A DNA stretch of 25,747 nt from the IMG/VR virus record IMGVR_UViG_3300015370_000046, positions 1-25,747 of that record; one strand, 5' to 3'. Positions 8,740-16,611 of the stretch are shown here, one piece after another. Positions within the stretch are counted from its first letter, which is position 1, and the number at the start of each line of letters is the position of its first letter. The stretch is from a virus (Duplodnaviria; Caudoviricetes). The notes below the pieces were generated by a model that saw only the letters and a list, made by a program, of their open reading frames with translations, made no database searches and was not told the DNA's origin. The translations under genes and the position numbers were made by a program.

Positions 8740-9159
8740 TTACCTGCTACTCCGAACTGAGTTGCGAAAGGCACTCTTGCGCATCGTCCTACGCCCCCTA
8801 CGTGCCTTATTTTCCGGATTCGGAACACGCGCCCTCGAGCCACGAGGCTTGGCCGTAGCCGTCTGCCTGCGCGCGACATCCTCGGGATTCACCGCACTGG
8901 CAGTACGGGGCGACGGTACACGGGCCACATCCTCTGGATTGGCCGCGCGAGGTGGCATCTTACGGGCCGCATCTTCTGGATTGACCTTGGGCCCGACATT
9001 GCGACTGTTGTAGCTGTTGCTACTTCGAGATGCAGCCGCCTCCTGGGCGTTATAGTCGGTGCGCGAGGCGGTCCTGCGCGTCGCTTCCTTACGCCTCGCG
9101 TCCTCCTGCACCTTCTTCTCGTTCGTAGCAGCTACGCTCTTTGACCTCGTCAGTGCCAC
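8740..9159 (-). CDS. Basic R/A/S-rich protein with four NPExxAR repeats
   Basis: Likely start is GTG 9159, right after the upstream TAA with GGAGG before it. Repeats are NPEDAAR, NPEDVAR, NPEDVAR and NPENKAR. Confidence 0.7.
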   Translation of the reverse strand: MALTRSKSVAATNEKKVQEDARRKEATRRTASRTDYNAQEAAASRSSNSYNSRNVGPKVNPEDAARKMPPRAANPEDVARVPSPRTASAVNPEDVARRQTATAKPRGSRARVPNPENKARRGRRTMRKSAFRNSVRSSR

Positions 9160-9160
9160 T

Positions 9161-9373
9161 TTAGTTGGCCCTCCCACCGCGATACTGCTGGCGCTTGCCT
9201 TTTCGCTGTATCGCACGGGCTCCTAAGCGCCCCGCCTTGCGAGCCCCCTCCGTAAACGCGGCCTTATCATCGCCACTGGACACTCCACTCTCAGGGCCCA
9301 CATTGCCCGCGTTATAGGCCTTCGCCTGAGTATACTCCTTGGTGCCTTCTTTCCCGTATCGCTTGATTGCCAT
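9161..9373 (-). CDS. Small basic protein, paralog of 8449..8712
   Basis: MAIKRYGKEGTKEYTQAKAYNAGNVGPESG...GGRAN, with a GAGGA RBS. Confidence 0.75.
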   Translation of the reverse strand: MAIKRYGKEGTKEYTQAKAYNAGNVGPESGVSSGDDKAAFTEGARKAGRLGARAIQRKGKRQQYRGGRAN

Positions 9374-9384
9374 CCTGTCCTCTG

Positions 9385-10068
9385 TTAGATCGGGCTTCCG
9401 GTAGCATCAAAGAGCCCGCCCGAAGGGGCTCCTGCGCCGATGTCCTGCGCCTTCAACTGTGACGAAGGGTTGTACGGAACAGCCATCGTTGAGGCCAAAC
9501 TGTCCTTGTTGGCCTTCACCGCTAAAGCCTCCGCAGCGTCAACCTGCAACTGCCCCCGAGGGATGGTGTACGCGTGCCAGTCAATCTCCCCGCACGTTCC
9601 CAGGAGCTTGCCCTCGTACAGCGGACCTCTACATCGGTGTGCCGGTAGACACCACGGCAGCTCAGGAGGAGCTTCTGGATGAATACCCCGCACATAGTAC
9701 ATCTCGGGCTTCCACTCACGCCCCTCACGGGGATCTCCCAGGCGGCACTTCCAGCAGGTCCTCACCAGCTCGTAGGGGGAGAGGATGCCCACCTCCTCGT
9801 GGTTGAACAGCACCCGATAGTGATGCGGAGGTATCCCCTTCATCCACTGAGTCGACCAATTCAGCCTCACGCCCCACTTCCAGAAGTCCGCCTTCAGTAC
9901 CCCCACCTCCCCGTTGCGGACTTGGGTCTCAGCGTTGAGGGTTGGGTCCATGCGGATGTCGTTCTCCTCCATGATCAACCAGAGGATGGGCTCGAACTCC
10001 GCAGCGTACTCCGGGTCCTCGTACCACCCCTCCTTAGAGGAGTCCAGATCAACCGGATGGTCTTTCAT
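9385..10068 (-). CDS. Hypothetical protein, Trp/Cys-rich, possibly Zn-binding
   Basis: Likely start is ATG 10068 after GGAGGTG. Contains CWKC, WCLPAHRC and GTCG. Confidence 0.65.
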   Translation of the reverse strand: MKDHPVDLDSSKEGWYEDPEYAAEFEPILWLIMEENDIRMDPTLNAETQVRNGEVGVLKADFWKWGVRLNWSTQWMKGIPPHHYRVLFNHEEVGILSPYELVRTCWKCRLGDPREGREWKPEMYYVRGIHPEAPPELPWCLPAHRCRGPLYEGKLLGTCGEIDWHAYTIPRGQLQVDAAEALAVKANKDSLASTMAVPYNPSSQLKAQDIGAGAPSGGLFDATGSPI

Positions 10069-10116
10069 ATCACCTCCAGGATGACACCAATGCACTGCCT
10101 ATAACTACCTCTTCCA

Positions 10117-11559
10117 CTATCGGCTCTTCCGCGCCCTCAGCGTAACAGCACCCTTGGTCGCAGCACTCCCCTTGACGTAGGCGACGATGAAGCCACCCTT
10201 CACCGGGAGATAGGCCCTCGACAGGTCATGCCGATCGATCGGGTGATTGGCGTGAAGCTTGCTCGTGGCCGCCACGTAATAGCCGTCCCCCAGGTCGCGG
10301 GTGTCCTCGATAGAGGGATACACCCTCAACTCCCAGAAGGAAGTGTCTGTGGCAGCAAGGTGCCGGAACTCCACACTCTCCATCCAACCCGCCGTCTGCT
10401 TCCCTACCATGAGCTGTCCAATGTCGTAGGTCAGCTTGCCGGCGGGGATACTGTCCAGAAGTGAGCTTCGGGGGGAAGTGGCAGAGGAGTAGATCAAGAG
10501 CGGATGGACCTCTTCCGTGTCCATGTAGGCCGACTCAAACGCGTGAAAACGCCGCGAGGTTACTTTGGCTAGTGGCATGGTGACCGTGAGTGAAGTATCA
10601 ACACGAATGGAGTCAGTGCCGATGCCTACAATGTGAACCCGCGCCTCATCTATAGAGTCACCCCGTGCGTCGAGGAAGTCGTGAATCTCAGACCTCAAGG
10701 TCGTTGAGTCCCCCATCAAGTAGAACTCATCGATATAGCCGTTGAACAACTTCGCTCCCCGGATACCGAAGATGTCCAGGGTGTCTACCGTGAGAGCCGA
10801 GGACGCATTGGCGAAGACCGTAGACACAACCACCCGATTATCCACCTCAAGACGCATGGTATTAGCTGAAACCCGGGTGGTAATCAGGTGGGGAGTGCCG
10901 TCGTAGAGATCCACCGCTACGGAGACGGAATCCACCGATGTGTCGTAGTCATCTGTGATCACGAAGAAAGGGTAGCCCAACTGGTTGAAGCCCACCCGCA
11001 CCTCGTCGGGAGACTCATACAGAGACCAGACGATCTGCGTTGTGCCAAGCCCTGGATTGCCAGCGCTCTTGCCCGTCGCCCACACGGACTGCGCCCACCC
11101 TCCTGTAGCCAGCCTCAAATCGGCATCATCTACCACCCGAGAGTAGCCCGTCTGGGGGGAGGCCCCGTTTCCAAAGATCCCAGCGGCTGCCTTGTAAGTG
11201 ATGTCCCTCTGACCTACATCCTTCAAGAGGACAGAGCCAGTCTCATCCCCGGAGTCAGCGCACAGGAAGATGGCCACAATCGTCCCCACACCAGCGTTGG
11301 CACCGCGCAGAGAGTCGACAAAGCTCTCCCCAGCATAGGCCACTCGGATGGCAGTGTCAGCCGCCATCTGGGTGAAGCCGGTGTCAGCGGTAACTGGCTC
11401 CCAGGAAGTGCCAATACCCACGTCCTCGACGTGGATATACCAGCCGTCCTCAGCCCCGCGAGGATTGTCAGCCTGAGTCAAGCTGGCCAGCAGGATGCCG
11501 AAAAAGATCGCGGAGCCCATCAGGGGCCAGATCAGATGCGAGAGGATTGAACGCTTCAT
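10117..11559 (-). CDS. Secreted protein with a central LamG/concanavalin-A-like domain
   Basis: N-terminal signal ending in ..LASLTQA|D. LamG motifs DLYDGTPHLITTRVSANTMRLEVDN and FNGYIDEFYL. ATGA-coupled to the portal stop. Confidence 0.7.
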   Translation of the reverse strand: MKRSILSHLIWPLMGSAIFFGILLASLTQADNPRGAEDGWYIHVEDVGIGTSWEPVTADTGFTQMAADTAIRVAYAGESFVDSLRGANAGVGTIVAIFLCADSGDETGSVLLKDVGQRDITYKAAAGIFGNGASPQTGYSRVVDDADLRLATGGWAQSVWATGKSAGNPGLGTTQIVWSLYESPDEVRVGFNQLGYPFFVITDDYDTSVDSVSVAVDLYDGTPHLITTRVSANTMRLEVDNRVVVSTVFANASSALTVDTLDIFGIRGAKLFNGYIDEFYLMGDSTTLRSEIHDFLDARGDSIDEARVHIVGIGTDSIRVDTSLTVTMPLAKVTSRRFHAFESAYMDTEEVHPLLIYSSATSPRSSLLDSIPAGKLTYDIGQLMVGKQTAGWMESVEFRHLAATDTSFWELRVYPSIEDTRDLGDGYYVAATSKLHANHPIDRHDLSRAYLPVKGGFIVAYVKGSAATKGAVTLRARKSR

Positions 11560-13652
11560 TGCGATGGTCCTTCTGGTGGCCCCTGTGGAGCCTGTGGTTG
11601 TCCCTGCGGTGGTCCTTGCGGGCCCTGTGGTGCCCCTGGAGGGGCCTTGCCTTCCTTCTGGGCCTTCATGGCCTGGGCCATCTGCGCGAAGTCCTGAAGG
11701 GTCATACCCGTCTCTTCCTCGATCTGCTTGATCTGCTGCACGACCTTAGCCTGAGAGTCTGCCGTATCCAGCGCGGAGAACAACTGCTCCAAGTTGGGGG
11801 TGTCCATCAACTCAGCGGCCCACTTGATCACTCCCGGGCCACCGCCAGGTCCAGCGTACTGCAGTAGCTGCGCCACTAAGTTCATGTTCTCAGCCTGGTT
11901 GCGCTCCTTGTCCGTATCGAGCTTGAGGCGTAGGTCGAACTTCCTGATATCGGCGTCACTCAAGACCAAGACCTGGCGCTTCTCACCCGTAGGCGTAGCG
12001 AAGGACTTCTCCCCCGTGCGCTCGTCCGTTTGCTTGGTGAGCCGGTGGGACTTGATGGCCGACTCTTCCGTCTGTGCCAGTACCACGCCATACCCTGCAC
12101 TCTGCGCCTTCTGCGTCACCCGAATCATGCGGTTGACCCGCATGTTCTGCTGGATCAGCGCGATACGCAGCATCTCCGCGTGAGCAAGGCCACTCTCGAC
12201 TGCTTTACGGAGCTTCGTCCCGCTTAGATCAGCCTCAGCCATCAGGGAATTGATTGCCTTCCCCGACATCTCATACTGCGGGGCGGCACGATGCACGTCA
12301 GTAACCTGAGACTGCTTGTCCTTCAGTGTTGAAAGCCAGTCAACACTCTGTTGCCACATCTGGAAGGAAGTGGGCGGAGCAGACAAGAACTGAACGGGAG
12401 GCTGGCCGGGGTATCGTCGCATAACTTGAACGGCCTGCTCGCCGAATCGTTGAATCTTGGCCTCCTCCGCCCGAGGATAAGCACCACGCTGCAGGTCTAC
12501 GATCAGCCCGTTGCCAATGAACAACGTCTCCAGGCCGTAAGACATGACCTGGTTAATGTAGTCCTGATAGGCAAAGAGCGGCTCGACTTGACCCTTGGCG
12601 TGGGTATTATTGGGATCGTAGCCAGCGGTGTACCTCGCGATAGGGAAGTGACCGTGACCGTTGAAGGTCGTGTCCTCCTTGGCAATTCTCTCCTCAAGGA
12701 TGAACTCGTTAACCATGATGGTCTGCCAGAGTTCGTAATCTCTGATGTCGACCTTCTCCAACCGCTTCTTCTGCTCTGTAGAGAGCTTCTCGAACTTTTC
12801 CCGGTCGATGAAGATGTTCTCGCCGGCAGGAGTACGCGTCATTGCCGGCCTGCCGTCCAACATGTAGCGCTCTGTGTTCTTCCAGCGCTTCTCCCAGAAC
12901 TCTATCCGGTAGGCGCGGTCCTCATTGGCCTGCGCTAATAGCCCCCCCTGCCCAAAGGCCAGAGAGGCCGTGCGGTAATGCTCATCCTGCGCTTGATCGA
13001 AGAGGGAAGAGAAGAAGCCAGGAACATCCGAAGCAAACTTCCCCTTCCAGCGGGGAAACTCCTGCTCGAGTAAGGCGATCTCGATAGGCTCGAACTTCGC
13101 CATGTATCGAGCGTCCCGAAGCTGGTCGCTCTTGCACTTATGCCAAATGATGTGGAAGGGGTCGACGTAGTCGCTGACCACCATCCCCAAACCGTTCTCC
13201 TCATCCCCACACCAAGAGGGCCACTCGAAGCCCTCCCCCGTGACGTGCATGTCCGTCCAGGCCTTGCGCCGGATCTCCATCACCGAATCGTGGAACTCTC
13301 CTGTCCACTCTCGGCAGTACTCCAGGAAGTCCTGCCAAGCGGCACCCAACTCGAAGTCCTCTGCCCCTCGGCCGTGAGCCTCCATAATAGGCTCGGCCTC
13401 AATGAGACGGGCGATCTTCTTGTCGAGGTCGTCGGTGCAGACGTTGTGGACCAGGTGGAGGCGGTTCTTGTGCTGCGAAGTAGCAATGTCGTCCCACTGG
13501 TTACCGTTGTAATACCGACGCCCCTTAAGCGCACGCTCCGCCCAGGGGCTGTACTCCTCCACCCCTAGGCAAACCAATTGCTTAACGCGCTCCGCCTTTG
13601 AGGCTTCCCCCTTGGGGATCTCAGTAATCAGCCTGGTAAGCGCTTCTGCCAT
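11556..13652 (-). CDS. Portal protein (P22-like)
   Basis: 698 aa with RRYYNGNQWD...LVHN, VDPFHIIW..DARY, G.VEPL..YQDYINQ and MSGKAI motifs, plus a P/Q/G-rich C-terminal tail. Confidence 0.9.
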   Translation of the reverse strand: MAEALTRLITEIPKGEASKAERVKQLVCLGVEEYSPWAERALKGRRYYNGNQWDDIATSQHKNRLHLVHNVCTDDLDKKIARLIEAEPIMEAHGRGAEDFELGAAWQDFLEYCREWTGEFHDSVMEIRRKAWTDMHVTGEGFEWPSWCGDEENGLGMVVSDYVDPFHIIWHKCKSDQLRDARYMAKFEPIEIALLEQEFPRWKGKFASDVPGFFSSLFDQAQDEHYRTASLAFGQGGLLAQANEDRAYRIEFWEKRWKNTERYMLDGRPAMTRTPAGENIFIDREKFEKLSTEQKKRLEKVDIRDYELWQTIMVNEFILEERIAKEDTTFNGHGHFPIARYTAGYDPNNTHAKGQVEPLFAYQDYINQVMSYGLETLFIGNGLIVDLQRGAYPRAEEAKIQRFGEQAVQVMRRYPGQPPVQFLSAPPTSFQMWQQSVDWLSTLKDKQSQVTDVHRAAPQYEMSGKAINSLMAEADLSGTKLRKAVESGLAHAEMLRIALIQQNMRVNRMIRVTQKAQSAGYGVVLAQTEESAIKSHRLTKQTDERTGEKSFATPTGEKRQVLVLSDADIRKFDLRLKLDTDKERNQAENMNLVAQLLQYAGPGGGPGVIKWAAELMDTPNLEQLFSALDTADSQAKVVQQIKQIEEETGMTLQDFAQMAQAMKAQKEGKAPPGAPQGPQGPPQGQPQAPQGPPEGPSQ

Positions 13653-13655
13653 GGT

Positions 13656-14114
13656 CTATTGCAAAAAAGCGACGCGAGCCAGAAGCTCATCGCCGCTTTT
13701 CGTTTCCAGTACCATGCGGAAGGACTCAATCCCCTCACGTACCAGGTAGTCCCGCACCGCCTGGGCTCGCTTGAACGCTAAGGCATTGATATTGGAGTAA
13801 CCGGTTATTCTGATGAGTACGGAGGGGTTGGAGAGAAGGTACTCGGCCTGCTGGGTCAACTCGCCGGCATAAGCATCCGAAATGTTGTGCCTGGCGTAGT
13901 TGAACGGCACGTCTGGGAACGGCCACATCGGCGTCCCGTAACTCTCCCCACCGCGATCAACGAACAGGTCGTCAATGTAGTATGGGTCAGATGCGGGCTC
14001 GTTCTGTGGGGCGTACGCAGAGGCTGAAGGCTCCTGCGCGGGGGGCGTCGAGGTGCAATACTGCCCGAGCACCGCAAGAGCGCACGTACTGAGTATCAAG
14101 GATCTGTAGGACAT
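13656..14114 (-). CDS. Exported OmpA-C/Pal-like protein, possible lipoprotein
   Basis: MSYRSLILSTCALAVLGQYC leader, then VPFNYARHNI...AEYLLSNPSVLIRITGYS...LAFKRAQAVRDYLVREGIESFRM. Start could instead be GTG 14156. Confidence 0.8.
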   Translation of the reverse strand: MSYRSLILSTCALAVLGQYCTSTPPAQEPSASAYAPQNEPASDPYYIDDLFVDRGGESYGTPMWPFPDVPFNYARHNISDAYAGELTQQAEYLLSNPSVLIRITGYSNINALAFKRAQAVRDYLVREGIESFRMVLETKSGDELLARVAFLQ

Positions 14115-14199
14115 ACGACCTGGGCTCCCAGATCGGGGGCCTGGCCGAAGGGGCACTCAGAGTCACGGGCGTGGCTCTATCGAGCGCTTACGGACGGGC

Positions 14200-14208
14200 T
14201 GGTATAAT
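14200..14208 (+). promoter_or_regulatory. Possible extended -10 promoter, antisense to the methyltransferase
   Basis: TG-G-TATAAT is a perfect extended -10 in an AT-rich intergenic patch. There is no good -35. Confidence 0.4.
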
Positions 14209-14210
14209 AC

Positions 14211-14239
14211 AAGGTAATACTTTAGTGCAACACTGTCAA
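14211..14239 (-). promoter_or_regulatory. Sigma70-type promoter upstream of the OmpA-like and portal genes
   Basis: TTGACA (14239-14234), 17-nt spacer, TACCTT (14216-14211). Confidence 0.7.
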
Positions 14240-15184
14240 CCCCTCCATAACCACTTTTATGAACTCAGCCGCCAGCGGTGCTACGATTGCATCGCCGTAG
14301 CCGCGCAACCTCAGCACCCGGGCTTCCGGTGTGTTGAGGATATCGCGGCCAGGTCGAACTCCACCGGCAGGCCCATCAGCCACCTGGGCAGGGCTGGATT
14401 GAGCTGGCCGCTGCACGAGGGGCCAGATGCCGGGTCCGATGGGCCGCCACTTGCCGTCCCGGCAGGGGAGCCACTCGGCAGGGGTCCAGAAGTCAACTGC
14501 GCCTGGTCCTCGATCCGGCAGTTGCCGCTCTCCATCTCCCGATCGCCGTTCCCGTAGCCCGCTGCGTTGTTGTTCCGTGGCGTTCCCCAACTCACCAGTT
14601 GGGCCTGGCCGTCCAACATCTCCCCCTTGGGCCGGTCCCGGTGTCGGGTGTCCTTCCAGTCCCGCTGGCTTGGGGTGGTCCAGGTCGATGGCACAGAACC
14701 ACAGCCGCTGTCTGAGGTGGGGCGACCCGATGCCACAAGCCGGGATAGACAACGCCCCAACGGCGTAGTCCATTCCTTCCAGGTCATCCGAAACAAGGTC
14801 GAACCACGCCCTTCCAGCCTTGCTTGCAACTTCTTCTCCAAGGATGACTGGAGGGCGGCACTCGCCAATGAGCCTCGCCCAGGCTGGCCAGAGGTGTCGC
14901 TCGTCGTTGAAAGCTTTCCCTTTGCCTGCGGCTGAAAAGGGCTGACAGGGGGCCGACCCAGTCCAACAGGGTCTGGAGTCGGGCCAGCCGGCAAGTCGCA
15001 GGGCGTAGCTCCAGACCCCGATGCCGGCGAAGAAGTGGCACTGGGTGTATCCCATAAGCTCATCTGGTCGAACATCCTTGATGCTCCTCTCATCTACTAC
15101 CCCTTCCGCGATGAGGCCGCGCTCAACGAGCCCGCGCAGCCAGGCAGCCTTCTTAGGGTCAAACTCATTATAGTAGGCTACCAT
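14222..15184 (-). CDS. C5-cytosine DNA methyltransferase, alpha (catalytic) polypeptide
   Basis: ATG 15184 after AGGAGG. Motif I FFAGIG, IV GSAPCQPFS, VI ILGEEV, VIII PHLRQRLWF, X RLRGYGDAIV. No motif IX or TRD in this frame. Confidence 0.92.
   Translation of the reverse strand: MVAYYNEFDPKKAAWLRGLVERGLIAEGVVDERSIKDVRPDELMGYTQCHFFAGIGVWSYALRLAGWPDSRPCWTGSAPCQPFSAAGKGKAFNDERHLWPAWARLIGECRPPVILGEEVASKAGRAWFDLVSDDLEGMDYAVGALSIPACGIGSPHLRQRLWFCAIDLDHPKPAGLEGHPTPGPAQGGDVGRPGPTGELGNATEQQRSGLRERRSGDGERQLPDRGPGAVDFWTPAEWLPCRDGKWRPIGPGIWPLVQRPAQSSPAQVADGPAGGVRPGRDILNTPEARVLRLRGYGDAIVAPLAAEFIKVVMEGLTVLH
14311..15075 (-). CDS. C5 methyltransferase beta polypeptide nested in an alternative frame (TRD-like repeats plus motif IX)
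   Basis: Open for about 255 codons inside the alpha gene, with AGGAG before ATG 15075. Contains WTTPSQRDWKD...LDGQAQL, WGTP...IEDQAQL and GQLNPALPRWLMGLP. Confidence 0.75.
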   Translation of the reverse strand: MFDQMSLWDTPSATSSPASGSGATPCDLPAGPTPDPVGLGRPPVSPFQPQAKGKLSTTSDTSGQPGRGSLASAALQSSLEKKLQARLEGRGSTLFRMTWKEWTTPLGRCLSRLVASGRPTSDSGCGSVPSTWTTPSQRDWKDTRHRDRPKGEMLDGQAQLVSWGTPRNNNAAGYGNGDREMESGNCRIEDQAQLTSGPLPSGSPAGTASGGPSDPASGPSCSGQLNPALPRWLMGLPVEFDLAAISSTHRKPGC

Positions 15185-15216
15185 GACCCCTCCTGTGGAT
15201 GAATGCAACTCCCTCT

Positions 15217-15245
15217 ATAGTAGTGCATCCACCTACACGCGTCAA
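15217..15245 (-). promoter_or_regulatory. Sigma70-type promoter of the methyltransferase
   Basis: TTGACG (15245-15240), 17-nt spacer, TACTAT (15222-15217). The -10 is flanked by the inverted repeat GTGGATG/CATCCAC. Confidence 0.75.
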
Positions 15246-15246
15246 G

Positions 15247-16296
15247 CTATCTCGGGATCACAATCGTTGGCCTGTGAGCCGCTTCAAACATCTCCGGAGC
15301 CATCTTGGAGAGGTAGCCGTTGATCCCGTCTCGCTCGATCAGAGCCTTGGCGTTTGAGCCGAGGATGGCGTAGCAGAGCGCCTCCCTTGTACGTAGAGCT
15401 TCTCTCTCGTTCAGCATCTCGATGCGCTCTTCCTCTTCAGTGGGAACAGGATACCCATCGTGCGCCGCAGAAGGATCGATCCTCTCCGACCACTCGAATC
15501 TACTGAAGGCTGCAGCTACCATAGCCGTGGCTCTCTGAGGGGTCTGCCATGCTTCTTGAGACCAGGCTGTGCAAATAGCATGATGCCCGAACATCTCCCT
15601 GCCTGACTCGGTCTTCTCCTCCATCAGCGCGCCCATCGTGGCTAGGAGCCGGTCAGGGTCCTCCTTGTACGGCGGCAGGAGAGCAGGTACGACGTGATTC
15701 CTGGACTGGAAGTAGGGCCAGCGGACCTTCGCCTGGTGGTCTGGCAGGTCCTCCTCGTCCGGGTAGCTGCAGATACCGTAATTCCACTTCACCACGTCCT
15801 CGTACAACTCCTCCTGGGGCCACACGTACAGCCGGTGGTCCGGGTCGTGCCGATGAGGATTGCCCATAGCCAGATCTTCCCGGTCAATGTAGGGCAGGTA
15901 GATGTCCTTGAGGTGCGCTACCTTCAACAGTAATCGAGGCAGGAGGATGTCGTACGCCTCGTCCAGTAGGAAGATAGGCCTGAGCTTCGGACGTACAGCG
16001 TCGTCGGGAGAGAGTTCACTCTCGAACAGCTCCCCGACTACCGCACAGTAGCCCGGCTCCCTACCCGTAGGAGGAGCCAGCCCCAGCCAGATCCGGGTAA
16101 ACAGGGTCACCGAGCCCCCACGCTCGTCTACCTGCCCTGAAGACCCCGTCAGCCGTAGCCCGGCAGCATCCCTACGGAAGGGAGTGTTGGGATACAACTC
16201 CAGGGCCGCAGGAGAGCGGTCAACGAGAGCGATCAGGCCAAACGGCTGGTGTAGCCTGACCTGGATGTGATTCTGTCCGTCCGGTCCTACGTTCAT
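15247..16296 (-). CDS. Hypothetical protein resembling a degenerate terminase RNase H-like domain
   Basis: Likely start is ATG 16296 after GAAAGG. RIWLGLAPP..PGYCAVVGE...IFLLDEAY parallels the beta1-beta3 pattern of terminase nucleases but lacks the first catalytic Asp. Confidence 0.5.
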   Translation of the reverse strand: MNVGPDGQNHIQVRLHQPFGLIALVDRSPAALELYPNTPFRRDAAGLRLTGSSGQVDERGGSVTLFTRIWLGLAPPTGREPGYCAVVGELFESELSPDDAVRPKLRPIFLLDEAYDILLPRLLLKVAHLKDIYLPYIDREDLAMGNPHRHDPDHRLYVWPQEELYEDVVKWNYGICSYPDEEDLPDHQAKVRWPYFQSRNHVVPALLPPYKEDPDRLLATMGALMEEKTESGREMFGHHAICTAWSQEAWQTPQRATAMVAAAFSRFEWSERIDPSAAHDGYPVPTEEEERIEMLNEREALRTREALCYAILGSNAKALIERDGINGYLSKMAPEMFEAAHRPTIVIPR

Positions 16297-16350
16297 GGGG
16301 TGCCTTTCACCTGCAAGAACTACCACTTTCTGCGAACTACTGCGGTTGAA

Positions 16351-16611
16351 CTACTCCGAAAGAAGCAGACCAGCCTCCGACACCCACCTAGGCTGTACGG
16401 CCTGACCGTCCACTCCATAGAAGGTAACTGCCGGCACCCCCTGATGCACCACCAGGACGATCCGTGTCACGCCATCCTGATCCTCGATGACCACTCTTCG
16501 CGCTCTGAGAGTGTCGACGTGGTAGTTACTGAGGGCGAACCCCGTCAGGCTACCGATGAGCCCGAGTAAGAGGAGTGCTCTCATGGTCGGTGATCTGCGC
16601 AGCCAATTCAT
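16351..16611 (-). CDS. Small exported or membrane-anchored beta protein
   Basis: MNWLRRSPTMRALLLLGLIGSLTGFALS then VDTLRARRVVIEDQDGVTRIVL. Start is 16611 or 16584. Confidence 0.6.
   Translation of the reverse strand: MNWLRRSPTMRALLLLGLIGSLTGFALSNYHVDTLRARRVVIEDQDGVTRIVLVVHQGVPAVTFYGVDGQAVQPRWVSEAGLLLSE

Noticed and set aside
11556-11650. PQG-rich repeats at the portal C-terminus as a collagen-like domain
   Set aside because: The G-X-Y register is not maintained, and low-complexity P/Q tails are common in this portal class.
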